A stretch of 64,000 nt of DNA from Octopus vulgaris (taxonomy: Eukaryota), in contig OX597820.1 in assembly GCA_951406725.2 (NCBI GenBank), positions 10,540,001 through 10,604,000 on the forward strand, read 5' to 3'. The notes under the pieces are model-generated. The model saw only the letters and a program-made list of their open reading frames with translations. It was not told the DNA's origin and searched no databases. A program made the translations under genes and the position numbers. This document shows, piece after piece, positions 41,439 through 54,275 of this stretch. Positions within the stretch are counted from its first letter, which is position 1; each line of letters opens with the position of its first letter.

Positions 41439-42040
41439 GAGCTGCCAGAATCGTTAGCACACCAGGCAAAATGTTTTGAGGCATTCCGTTCGTCTATACG
41501 TTCTGAGGTGTTAGGAGGCGCAATGGCCCAGTGGTTAGGGCAGCGGACTCGCGGTCATAGGATCGCAGTTTCGATTCTCAGACCGGGCGTTGTGAGTGTT
41601 TATTGAGCGAAAACACCTAAAAGCTCCACGAGGCTCCGGCAGGGGATGGTGGTGATCCCTGCTGTACTCTTTCACCACAACTTTCTCTCACTCTTACTTC
41701 CTGTTTCTGTTGTACCTGTATTTCAAAGGGCCGGCCTTGTCACTCCCTGTGTCACGCTGAATATCCCCGAGAACTACGTTAAAGGTACACGTGTCTGTGG
41801 AGTGCTCAGCCACTTACACGTTAATTTCACGAGCAGGCTGTTCCGTTGATTCGGATCAACCGGAACCCTCGACGTCGTAACCGACGGAGTGCTTCCTCCT
41901 CCCCTGAGGTAAAATTCTGCCGAGGTCGACTTTGCCTTTCACCATTTCGGAGTAGAAAAAATAAGTACCAGTTGAATACTGGGGGTCCAAGTCATTGACG
42001 TAATCTCTCACCTTAAAAAATTGCTGGCCTTCTGCCAAAG
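41439..42040 (+). mobile_element. SINE family C interrupted by SINE family B
   Basis: TSD ctgaggt on both sides of the family B copy. Confidence 0.8.
41514..41903 (+). mobile_element. SINE family B, full length
   Basis: Nearly identical to the 16108 copy. Confidence 0.93.
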
Positions 42041-42562
42041 TATGATGCCATTAGTATTATTTTCCTCTGAGACTTGGCGAGATCTTCCCATATTTTCTCT
42101 ACCTGGAAGCAGGTAATAAACAGAATTCCAATCTCTTGTCGCTCAAAGAGACTAAACCTTCTTTAGGAAACGATCTGAAACCGACGCAGCTGCTTTCTGG
42201 GTCACTTCAAGCCTGACGCTATCTCTAATGTCTTCAATGTGCTTTTCAAACCGCTTACAAACTCCTCTCGACGCTTAGTGAGGTCTTACACATTACTCGG
42301 AAAAAGAACTTCTACTTACAAGTATTTCTGCTTTTTTATCCAGAAAGAATAAAGTGTTTTTTTTAGTAATTTAGAATACCCAGGGAAGTTACAGTTACTA
42401 AATATAAAAAAAATAGATTCCTTGTTTAACATTCTACTGATTCTAGCACTTTAATAAATAAACAAAAAAAAATTAAAGTTATAAGTCAAAAAAGGAAGAA
42501 ACAATAACAACGGCAACAGCAACAGTAAAATTAGACTTAGTTTTAGTAACAGCAGCAATTGC

Positions 42563-42613
<51 letters not shown>

Positions 42614-42614
42614 T

Positions 42615-42645
<31 letters not shown>

Positions 42646-42853
42646 CGCAGTAGTAGTAGTAGTAGTAATTGTAGTATGAGGAGGAGGAGGAGGAGAAGAG
42701 GGGAGGAGGACGGTGAGGAGGAGGAGGAGGAGGAGGAGGGGAGAGAAAGAAGGAGTGCGGTGATGAAAAAGAATGTGGAGAAGAAGAAGAAGAAGAAGAA
42801 GAAGAAGGAGAAGAAGAAGAAGAAGAAGAAGAAGAAGAAGAAGAAGAAGAAGA
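42563..42853. repeat. (AGT)n-(GGA)n-(GAA)n trinucleotide tracts
   Basis: Read directly from the sequence. Confidence 0.95.
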
Positions 42854-44754
42854 CGAATGCGGAGGAGAAAGAGAAAAAAGGAAAGGAACAACAACGTCGC
42901 TAATATCTAATACAGCGGGTAAGTTTGGTTCTTTTCTGATGAAGCACGGAACAGAGGCTTTTCATAGGAAAGTATAAATATAATCCGTACAATTTATCGA
43001 AGACCAGTAGTGATTTAATTAAATCTAGGATGATAAAAAAAAGAAAGAAATGAAATATATAAAGTGTAACATAAATATAATTAATATGTGACGAATCTAG
43101 GATTAGGTAGCTAACTGTGGGGATTGGATTTTAAATCTCTCTCGCTGATAGAAGACAAGTAGAGAAGATAAATAAAATATTTGCGGAGAGAAAAATAATC
43201 GAAAATAAATCTAGGACGTGATATACTGAAAATAATTTTGTGAAAACCCATCTAATCAGGCATTTCAGAAATAAAACCTAAGAAAAAAAATAAGGTAAAA
43301 TAAATAAAAGTTATTGAAAAATAATGAATTAGCTGAGCAATCAGAACTAAAATGAATATTACGAGGTAAAAATCTTATAAGATGTTTTGAGAGAAGATAC
43401 AAAAGAAATACTTATCCTTTGATTTCAAGAGTATAGAATATGATTGAAGAGACTGGCTAAATGGAAATAAAGAAGAAACCTCGTTTAAAAATAGAAGGAT
43501 CTCATTCAAAAGAAAAAGAAAAAACAAAAATGAAAGCAAGAAAAGTAGGAATTTTTAAACAGAGGAATATTACTGTTCGACGAAAATAGATCGTTCACGT
43601 GAGTATTTTGCAGGAATAACGTTTAAAAGTATGTAGAATACGTTGTTAGGAAAATCAACGCAAATCTCTCTTGAAGATAAAAAAAAATGTACAACAAAGG
43701 TCGTATTGTAAATTGTAGTCCTGGATAAAAAAAAAAAATGCGCTTTAATGAACTGCTGGAATATTTGTGATCATAGATCTGATAAAATCTTCAACAACAA
43801 CAGCCACAACAACAGCAACAACAATTCAGAGATTGAAGTAACGAGACTTACTAAGGAGATTAGGAGAGATGGAGATTTTATGGTGTTTTATTTCTTTTGT
43901 CAGTAGTATCAAAAAATAGGCCACTGGAATGACTTTAGATGCGTAGGTGAGTATTTATAGACTCATGCATACACAGAAAAAACGTGCAGAGATATTACTT
44001 GAGATATTCTTGTAAGAAAGGAGCTCGATTTTGACAAAAATACAAAGTTCCATCGCTGGAATGTTGATTACAAAATCAATGTCACATTTTGCACTTTAGA
44101 AAAATCTTGTATATTTTTGCTATTCCTCTTACGAGTTGTACTTGTAATGAGCCTGTTAGCTGGCTGATTGCTTTTTCTGAAAATTTTAGATTTTCTATAT
44201 AGACATTTACTCCCTAAGCAAAGTGGACAAATTATTATTGCTACAAAAGTGAATTAATAATCTGAGTATAATATATATGGTACGAAACCGAGTATTACCA
44301 TTCTGATAGAAAACTGATGAAGAATTAGGGACCTTCTGTGTCTTATATATTTATCTGTCGTTGTTCATTTACAATGCATTTTATAATTTACATACACATA
44401 CATATATATATATATATATAATATATATAAGAGTGTATAAAATATTTTTATACACAAAGACGAGACTATTCACAGCAGTCCTTGCATGATAAAAAGGCCG
44501 GTTAAAACCCAAACTACGAAACAGAGAGAGGTCATGAGGCACGCAGTTATAACACTAGAACGAACAAAAAAAGGAATTTGCTAATATTGTACTCGATTTT
44601 TGCTATTGTCAAATACACTCTCATATTTTTAGAAATATGTGTTATAACTTTTATTTATGCATGCTAGCCAATGGTAATAAGATATTTATAATTTATTACC
44701 CTCATATTTACGATAGTATACATATATACATATATATATATTTATATCTATCTA

Positions 44755-45160
<406 letters not shown>

Positions 45161-45417
45161 TAGTAACTTTCAGATTTTTCAGGAGCCGAGTAGTTGCAAC
45201 TGTGTCGGTTAATTTAGCTATGTAACTTAAAACTGGCCTCATCAGTTCAAACAATTTTGGATGGAAGTGCTGCATCTTCCTCGCATTTACCCAGGCCCCA
45301 CTCATAAGATTCGACTCTCTGTTCAGGGTGGTCTTCATCTAGAGCGTAGGTTAATACTGGAATGTAACCTTTCCCACCAACTCGTTCTAAAGTGCGATGG
45401 GCGCTTGATTTTGGGAT

Positions 45418-45500
<83 letters not shown>

Positions 45501-45720
45501 TTAAAATTACTAAGTCTCTCTAAAAGAGAACAACGGCAGCGTTCCCGGAAAATATTAGTTATCGCCATACTAATATGGCATTCTTATAAAAATAAGAATA
45601 AAGCTGACCGCTTATTAGCTCCATGAGGCCATCGCCTTAAGTTAGCTATTTGATACACAAACTGTATCCATATAACCTTTGAACAAGGGAGGTCAGTCGC
45701 TCCACACTACTTGGCCGGCA

Positions 45721-45762
45721 GCTACAGACGCGTTTCGGAGTATTGCCCCTTTTCAATGCAGC
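45721..45762 (-). ncRNA. Hammerhead ribozyme (U3-A8 variant), inverted copy
   Basis: Reverse complement of the 46183 motif, with one G-U pair in stem II. Confidence 0.7.
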
Positions 45763-46182
45763 GTAGCCAAACCAGTAGGTGTCGCTTCCGACAATCTCTG
45801 TTCAAAGGTTTTATTTACCTAGCTTCGGTGGAATACATCCACTTGTTTTCAATAATAGAAATATTAAAATTACTAAGTCTCTCTAAAAGAGAACAACGGC
45901 AGCGTTCCCGGAAAATACAGTTTGTGTATCAAATAGCTAACTTAAGGCGATGGCCTCATGGAGCTAATAAGCGGTCAGCTTTATTCTTATTTTTATAAGA
46001 ATGCCATATTAGTATGGCGATAACTAATATTTTCCGGGAACGCTGCCGTTGTTCTCTTTTAGAGAGACTTAGTAATTTTAATATTTCTATTATTGAAAAC
46101 AAGTGGATGTATTCCACCGAAGCTAGGTAAATAAAACCTTTGAACAGAGATTGTCGGAAGCGACACCTACTGGTTTGGCTAC

Positions 46183-46224
46183 GCTGCATTGAAAAGGGGC
46201 AATACCCCGAAACGCGTCTGTAGC
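46183..46224 (+). ncRNA. Hammerhead ribozyme (U3-A8 variant); repeated at 46546-46587 and 46909-46950
   Basis: gctgca TTGAAAA gggg-caata-cccc GAAAC gc GTC tgtagc; palindromic ACGCGT in helix III. Confidence 0.75.
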
Positions 46225-47606
46225 TGCCGGCCAAGTAGTGTGGAGCGACTGACCTCCCTTGTTCAAAGGTTATATGGATACAGTTTGTGTATCAAATAGC
46301 TAACTTAAGGCGATGGCCTCATGGAGCTAATAAGCGGTCAGCTTTATTCTTATTTTTATAAGAATGCCATATTAGTATGGCGATAACTAATATTTTCCGG
46401 GAACGCTGCCGTTGTTCTCTTTTAGAGAGACTTAGTAATTTTAATATTTCTATTATTGAAAACAAGTGGATGTATTCCACCGAAGCTAGGTAAATAAAAC
46501 CTTTGAACAGAGATTGTCGGAAGCGACACCTACTGGTTTGGCTACGCTGCATTGAAAAGGGGCAATACCCCGAAACGCGTCTGTAGCTGCCGGCCAAGTA
46601 GTGTGGAGCGACTGACCTCCCTTGTTCAAAGGTTATATGGATACAGTTTGTGTATCAAATAGCTAACTTAAGGCGATGGCCTCATGGAGCTAATAAGCGG
46701 TCAGCTTTATTCTTATTTTTATAAGAATGCCATATTAGTATGGCGATAACTAATATTTTCCGGGAACGCTGCCGTTGTTCTCTTTTAGAGAGACTTAGTA
46801 ATTTTAATATTTCTATTATTGAAAACAAGTGGATGTATTCCACCGAAGCTAGGTAAATAAAACCGTTGAACAGAGATTGTCGGAAGCGACACCTACTGGT
46901 TTGGCTACGCTGCATTGAAAAGGGGCAATACCCCGAAACACGTCTGTAGCTGCCGGCCAAGTAGTGTGGAGCGACTGACCTCCCTTGTTCAAAGGTTATA
47001 TGGATACAGTTTGTGTATCAAATAGCTAACTTAAGGCGATGGCCTCATGGAGCTAATAAGCGGTCAGCTTTATTCTTATTTTTATAAGAATGCCATATTA
47101 GTATGGCGATAACTAATATTTTCCGGGAACGCTGCCGTTGTTCTCTTTTAGAGAGACTTAGTAATTTTAATATATATATATATATATGTGCGTGTGTGTG
47201 TATATAGTAGAAATATGTTACGAAGAGAAAATATTAAATACACGTGGAAATGTAAGGGTAAAATATGAAAGATCAACGAAAATGCATATTGCAAATAGAA
47301 AAAGGCTATTTATGACATGTAACGACAAATATATATATTTAGATTGACTGAGGTAGTAATACGAGTCATAAAAGTCATTATTATGAGATGATTATAAGAT
47401 GATAATAAATAAGAGAACAACACGAACCAATGATTTACGCAAAGCTATTCATCGTTTGAATATATATATCAACCATAATAATAATAGTGATTATTACGAA
47501 ATGGCGTAGCATAACCATTAATTCCTTTTATATACATATAGCTTTACATAGAATAACCTGATAGCAAGCCGGTAAATGCTTCGAGGAATCCCTTTATATT
47601 TACAAT

Positions 47607-47683
<77 letters not shown>

Positions 47684-47765
47684 ATACAAATGGCAGGACA
47701 ACAAAAATTAAAGAGACCTCGATAATATGTAAATAGAGGAATTTATCTGAATAATTGGGACATAT

Positions 47766-47812
<47 letters not shown>

Positions 47813-47813
<1 letters not shown>

Positions 47814-48150
47814 GAGGTGCAATGGCCCAGTGAATAGGGCAGCGGACTCGCGAACATAGGATCACGGTTTCGATTCCTAGACCGGGCGTTGTGAGTGTTT
47901 ATTGAGCGAAAGCACCTAAATCTCCACGAGGCCCCTCATCTTTCTCTCACTCTTACTTCCTGTCTCTGTTGTACCTGCATTTCAAAGGGTCAGCCTTATC
48001 ACACTCTGTGTCACGCTGAATCTCCCCCAAGAACTACGTTAAGGGTACACGTATCTGTGGAGTGCTCAGCCACTTGCACGTTAAATTCACGAGCAGGCTG
48101 TTCCGTTGATCGGATCGACTGGAACCCACGTCGTCGTAACCGAGGGAATG
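47813..48150 (+). mobile_element. SINE family B
   Basis: Matches the 41514 copy with an internal deletion. Confidence 0.9.
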
Positions 48151-48168
48151 TCACACACACACACACAC

Positions 48169-48214
<46 letters not shown>

Positions 48215-48411
48215 ACACATTTATATATATATATATATAGAATGGTTGTATACTGTCAATCTAACAAGAACGTGACAGTAGGGGGTACACCACCGTTGTT
48301 TAGCTCTAGGAGGCATCGAACACCTCCTGACAGCTTCGACACATTTTTTCCCTGTGTCCTTATATACATATACGAAGGGGAGACAAACACCCCCAACCGC
48401 CGGAACTGCAT

Positions 48412-48455
48412 CTAGGGACACCGTGTTTCAGGATCATTGTCCTTCATCGGCCTAG
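48412..48455 (-). ncRNA. Hammerhead ribozyme (U4C core), inverted copy
   Basis: Reverse complement of 48754-48797. Confidence 0.72.
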
Positions 48456-48753
48456 AGTAGCAGACACCGGTCGGCTGGTGATATTTGCCTGGACTTCGTA
48501 TCTGTATATAAGTAAACTCAGTGAAGTCTATTCACTGATTATCAAAATACGAAATATTGAATTTCTAAACCTCTCGTAGAGACATGTACGGTGGTGGGGC
48601 GATAGAATGGTTGTATACTGTCTATCTAACAAGAACGTGACAGTAGGGGGTACACCACCGTTGTATAGCCCTAGGAGGCATCGAACGCCTCCTGACAGCT
48701 AAGACACATACGAAGTCCAGGAAAATATCACCAGCCGACCGGTGTCTGCTACT

Positions 48754-48797
48754 CTAGGCCGATGAAGGACAATGATCCTGAAACACGGTGTCCCTAG
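48754..48797 (+). ncRNA. Minimal type I hammerhead ribozyme (U4C core)
   Basis: ctagg CCGATGA agga-caatga-tcct GAAAC acggt GTC cctag. Confidence 0.75.
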
Positions 48798-49037
48798 ATG
48801 CAGTTCCGGCGGTTGGGGGTGTTTGTCTCCCCTTCGTATATGTATATAAGGACACAGGGAAAAATGTGTCGAAGCTGTCAGGAGGCGTTCGATGCCTCCT
48901 AGGGCTATACAACGGTGGTGTACCCCCTACTGTCACGTTCTTGTTAGATTGACAGTATACAACCATTCTATCGCCCAACCACCGTACATGTCTCTACGAG
49001 AGATTTAGAAATTCAATATTTCTTATATATATATATT

Positions 49038-49069
<32 letters not shown>

Positions 49070-49100
49070 TATATATATATTTATATATATACATACTCAC

Positions 49101-49164
<64 letters not shown>

Positions 49165-50512
49165 GTGTGTGTTTTTATAGTAGAGGTATAAAGAAATACG
49201 AATACAATGTGTTAGTCAAGTTTGACCAAGTTACGTCTCTTTATGGCGATTGGCTTCTTATTTCTCATGAGATCGATAAAATACCAAAGTTTGGCATTAT
49301 AATCGACTAAAATCCTTCGTTATCTTAAATGTGTTGTCATGTCTCGGTGAGTAGTTTGCTATGCTATTCATCATTCTGTTCTCCAAGACGTGGTCGAATT
49401 GTTTCTCCCTTGTTATAGAACAAATAATTGATAGATTTTTATCTATGCCACTCTGAGTAAATATTAGTTTGCCGTTGTAGCCTGCTTGCAAGAATAAAAC
49501 TAATATTTCGTTTCCCAACGTCTCAATAGTGTAGCCAGTATTCCATATTAACAGAACAGTTCTCATTTATTATGTACACTTGCCGTTACAAAACTCAATT
49601 GTCCTATGTTATTTACACCAACAAGCGTTACAGTTCTTGAAAGTAATACAGCACTCAAGTGTAATATAATATCTATTCGACTTGGTCAGCTTCAACTATC
49701 GGCTGATCTTCTTAACATCAGTAATTATTTCATTCATAAATAGAACTTTTGCTTATGCAAAATATGTTTTTACTGGCAGAAATTTATTCACGTATTACTA
49801 GTTTAACTTATTCTCAAATGACTAAGAGCCACCAGATCACACATGTAAATTATTTAACTAGTAAAAGATATTGATAATGTAATGATGAGATGCAGACTGT
49901 GAGAGATGCAGTAGAATATATTTCTGAATATTTCTTCTGTATTATCTGAAAATAATTTCTGGTGGGGAATTACTAAATAGATCTTTGGCAAGTTTTATTT
50001 AAAGCTATCATCGTTTCATTTATATCTCTAATCTGATATACAAAACAAGTTACTTCTACTTTCATTAAATATCGCTCTTGTTTTGATATCTTTTAAGTTG
50101 ATCACCTATTTGATAAAAACAAGCCTGGTAGATACAGACGATACGACGGGTGGTGTACCAGATTGTATATATAGTTGAAGATACCAATCAGTTTTTGTCC
50201 TTCTATTCCTGATTTTAAATCTCAAATCTAATTTACAATTCATCTTTCATTGATTGATAATATAATTATCGGTTATTTATCATTTCATTCTTTCTTTGCT
50301 TCATCATAACTGTTATTTCCTTCGGCAACATATTAAATTATTTTACAAGTTTGTCACAAAGCTTCCATCTTGTATAATGTTGATTTATTTTGGCCTGCTA
50401 TAAGGTCACTTATGAAGGTAGAAGTTATTTGGAGAGGCTTAAGAAGAATTAAGATGAATAAAACGAATTGGTGAAATAATTGACGCGATCCATTTCAGAA
50501 TAATATTCCATC

Positions 50513-50645
50513 GCATTCCTTGAAGAAAATTACTTGCTGAGTGATACCCTGCATGATTTTCGACCAGGTAGGAGATGCCTGACACAGCACTATGACTGGG
50601 TGTTGAAGCAGTTACCTCGGCAACTCAAATGTGGACGTAATATAC
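50513..50645 (+). pseudogene. CR1/L2-like reverse transcriptase fragment
   Basis: FLEENYLLSDTLHDFRPGRRCLTQ..HYDWVLKQL..NSNVDVIY resembles the QHGFRxGRSCLTQL...VDVIYLDF motif. Confidence 0.7.
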
Positions 50646-50857
50646 ATATTCACAAATATATTTTCTTCTACTACAAAGCACTGAGCTGTCCAACCACCAA
50701 ATGTACATTCCTAAATTTTTCATTCCACAATGTTACTAGCCCCTCTCAACTACAAATGTAATATCCTGCATATCTCACATATATTTTCATTCCTCCACTT
50801 CACTCTATATTTCGTAACTTATGTAAATTAACTATTGCTTAACTATATTCTCACACC

Positions 50858-50905
50858 GTCTCCGATAAAGGGATATAATAAATATCCTGGAAATAGCTGC
50901 AAGAC
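50858..50905 (+). ncRNA. Degenerate hammerhead-like motif
   Basis: gtct CCGATAA a gggatat-aataa-atatcct g GAAAT agct GCA agac; several core mismatches. Confidence 0.45.
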
Positions 50906-50971
50906 CTTCTATTTATAAATGTTCAAAAATCTTCCCAGCCGCGAGGTTTTTTAATCTCATTCTGAAAAAAA

Positions 50972-51084
<113 letters not shown>

Positions 51085-51239
51085 AATTTTTTCAGAATAT
51101 ATACACATACCGGAGTAAGCACATGAATGTGAAACAAGTTAGAAAGAAGAATATTCAAATACCAGAGGTAGAGTAATATGCTTTATTTAAAAGCAGCAGG
51201 AATATGACTGCTGCTTTTAAATTAAGTACATACAAACAT

Positions 51240-51321
<82 letters not shown>

Positions 51322-51331
51322 CCGAGGTAAT

Positions 51332-51417
51332 GTGGTACGATCGTTTCATGCTACTTCATTTTATTAACCATTCTAAGTATTACATCAGTTTTAAAATGTC
51401 GAGCAATCTTCAGCCAC
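51332..51417 (-). ncRNA. Type I hammerhead ribozyme with long helix II insert
   Basis: Reverse complement gtgg CTGAAGA t tgct...agca t GAAAC gatc GTA ccac; adjoins a TA tract. Confidence 0.7.
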
Positions 51418-52141
51418 TTATAGAAATTTTCCAATCAAACGGACAATGACAATTTACATTCTTATCTCTATTTCGTTTGCCAACATCATAAGGAGGGTAG
51501 ATATACAAAGAGGTTTATTTCATTCTTAAGAACACGATAGTATTAAATTTCCTCTCTGGCAGTAGATTTTCACTTTGTTATTTAGATCTGTCATTAGGGA
51601 GGGTTTTTTTTATTTTTGGTTGGATGGAGACAAAGAATCTTTCTATTTATAGATATAGGAAGGGGTAGGACAAGTGTCAAAACAAATAAATCTATTCCTA
51701 TTCTGAGGAACCCAACCCAGATACATTTGAATGCACTATAGAAAAAAGCAAGTATGCTGAAGTTAGAGGGGTAGGGGAAGATAGTCTATTAGTGCTCTAG
51801 AAGTTTTAATGTCTCTTACTACTTGACATCTAGATTCTATATTGAGAAATTTAAGTAAATATTGTTTAGACAATTTCCTAAAGGATTTCAATAGATATTA
51901 GTGTCTTATATAGGGATAGAAAATATAGAAATCATTTCATATTTATATAAATATATATATTTTTACTGTTTATATATATATTTCTTTTACTGTTTATATT
52001 TTTGTACTGTCGTTACTGTCTCGTTTTTTTACCATTTTTTTACCATTTTTTGCCCCTCTGCGAAAAGATCTCAGAATTTTAATTGATTTGCTTTTCGCAG
52101 GAAGGAAAGTTTCTTGTCGAAGATACGTCTCGATTTTATCC

Positions 52142-52394
52142 TTCGAAACGTAGAGTAGATGAAACCTTAGCGACTGAAGAAGGGGTTTTTTCGTTGTGTT
52201 AACTGTCCTGTACTCCATTTTTTGTTGTTTTTAAAAGAATGTCCTGTTCCTTTGGTTTGTGTCTATGTTTTCGTTACTCTATGTGTTCGACGTCCCTTTG
52301 GTGTCCTGTACTCATATATGCGTGTATATGTACATGTAGAGGTAGATACACACATATATGTTTATATATATATGCATATGTTTTATTTCTTTTA

Positions 52395-52453
<59 letters not shown>

Positions 52454-52730
52454 GAAACGTGGAGTAGATGAAACAAAGGCGACTGAAGAAGGGGAATTTT
52501 CCTTGTTTTGTATGTCCTGTACTCTATTTTTTCGTTGTTTAAAAAAAATGTCAATTTCCTTGGTTTTGTGTTTATGTTTTTGTTTCTCATTGTGTTCGAC
52601 GTTTTTTTGGTGCCCTGTACCCATATATGCATGTATATATACATGTAGGGGTAGGTACGTACATATATGTATGTATATATGCATATGTTTTATTTATTTA
52701 TTAATTTATTATATATATATATTTCTATTA
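52142..52730 (+). repeat. Two diverged tandem copies of a roughly 309-bp unit, each ending in TA-rich sequence
   Basis: ttcgaaacgt.gagtagatgaaac..gcgactgaagaagggg at 52142 and 52451. Confidence 0.8.
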
Positions 52731-53010
52731 ATATATAATCATAATTAGCTAATAAGTGGTGATTATTTTAATGAGTTGAATTAACAGAAAATGTTAGACA
52801 TAAAATATATATATACTAACCGTGGAAAAAAATTATTAATTTAGTACATATATTAGGAGTCAATAAGATATATTAAAAAATAATGGAAGGGACGTAATCA
52901 AGATGAACCAAGTAATTTCTCTAGATATATAGAAATATTTGCGATTATTTCATATTTATATATCCCCATTTCCATTAATATAGAATCATAATTAGCTAGT
53001 AAATGGTGAT

Positions 53011-53232
53011 TTTACTCTTTACTCTTTTACTTGTTTCAGTCATTTGACTGCGGCCATGCTGGAGCACCGCCTTTAATCGAGCAACTCGACCCCCGAACTT
53101 ATTCTTTTGTAAGCCCAGTACTTATTCTATCGCTCTCTTTTGCCGAACCGCTAAGTAATGGGGACATAAACACACCAACATCGGTTGTCAAGCAATGCTA
53201 GGGGGACAAAAACAGACACACAAACACACACA

Positions 53233-53314
<82 letters not shown>

Positions 53315-53489
53315 TATACATATATATGACGGACTTCTTTCAGTTTCCGTCTACCAAATCCACTCACAAGGCTTTGGTCGGCCCGGGGCTATAGTAGAAG
53401 ACACTTGCCCAAGGTGCCACGCAGTAGGACTGAACCCGGAACCATGTGGTTGGTAAACAAGCTACTTACCACACAGCCACTCCTGTGCC
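53011..53489 (-). mobile_element. SINE family A inserted in the second copy of a roughly 250-bp duplication (52735-53655)
   Basis: Full reverse-complement match; atttta on both flanks. Confidence 0.92.
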
Positions 53490-53866
53490 TATTTTATGAG
53501 TCGAATTAAAAGAATATGTTAGACATAATATTTACTAACCGTGGAGAAAAACTTTATCAATTAAGTAAATATATGAGGAGTTAATAATATATATTAAAAA
53601 GTAATGAAAGGGAGATAATCAAGAGGAACCAAGTAATTTCCATAGATATACAGAATTTTTTCTTTCCAATATAGGACAGTATGAAAAAAAATTCTAATTT
53701 CATATATTCAGATTTATTTATATAATGAGATTTTAAAGTAATCTATGCAGGTTGAATAAAAGTTAGTATGGTATATTAATTTTTATTTGGTTACTAAATA
53801 ATAGGATTTGAAAATTCAGGAATGGTCAGAAAGTTATTAATTAAAATACTTAAACGCACGGGTAGC

Positions 53867-54064
53867 TCAATGTATACAAGATACTCCCAGTTCGGAACGG
53901 TTATTCAATAAGTTTGTATTATTCCTATGTTTTAAAATTTCCTATGTCTCCATTGAACAAAGTTCACATCCATCTCTACTATTTTTATAAGGCTGTGCCT
54001 TTCTTATTATATCTCATTTTAGGTTAAATTTCATATTTTTCTTTCAGTTCCCAAATTTTACTGC
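53867..54064 (-). pseudogene. Penelope-like GIY-YIG endonuclease C-terminal remnant
   Basis: SKIWELKEK / NMKFNLK*DIIRKAQPYKNSRDGCELCSMET*EILKHRNNTNLLNNRSELGVSCIH matches the IW.LK..W.I...A.PY..C.LC..E..LLN.RSEL..C.H pattern of PLE ORF ends. Confidence 0.75.
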
Positions 54065-54230
54065 ACAGTGGGATCTGAAAGAAAAAAATATACTTTTTGC
54101 TTATTTTGATTATATACTTGTTGCTTATTTTGGTTATAATCAGCCCATGGATTTATATGGATAATACCATACAAAATTCTGGTGCCTTTGACTTAAGTAC
54201 CATATTCATCTGAATCTAAATTTTGCTGAA

Positions 54231-54274
<44 letters not shown>

Positions 54275-54275
<1 letters not shown>

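Larger units (their letters stand above)
45496..47173. mobile_element. Fold-back tandem array of a 363-bp HHR monomer (about 1.2 inverted plus 3.5 direct copies), retrozyme/Penelope pLTR-like
   Basis: ORF starts recur at 46234, 46597 and 46960 (period 363); inversion junction at about 45915; TA tracts on both sides. Confidence 0.9.
48238..49022. mobile_element. Fold-back element of a 365-bp HHR monomer in (TA)n
   Basis: gaatggttgtatac at 48240 and 48605; from about 48708 the monomer is inverted. Confidence 0.88.

Noticed and set aside
42451-42903. Poly-K/E/R and poly-L ORFs
   Set aside because: Trinucleotide microsatellites
45711-46960. Repeated 92-95 aa ORF (MAGSYRRVS...)
   Set aside because: TTG start, antisense to the HHR, no recognisable domain; repeats only because the monomer repeats
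45496-47173. CRISPR-like array
   Set aside because: No unique spacers; whole 363-bp units repeat; eukaryotic context
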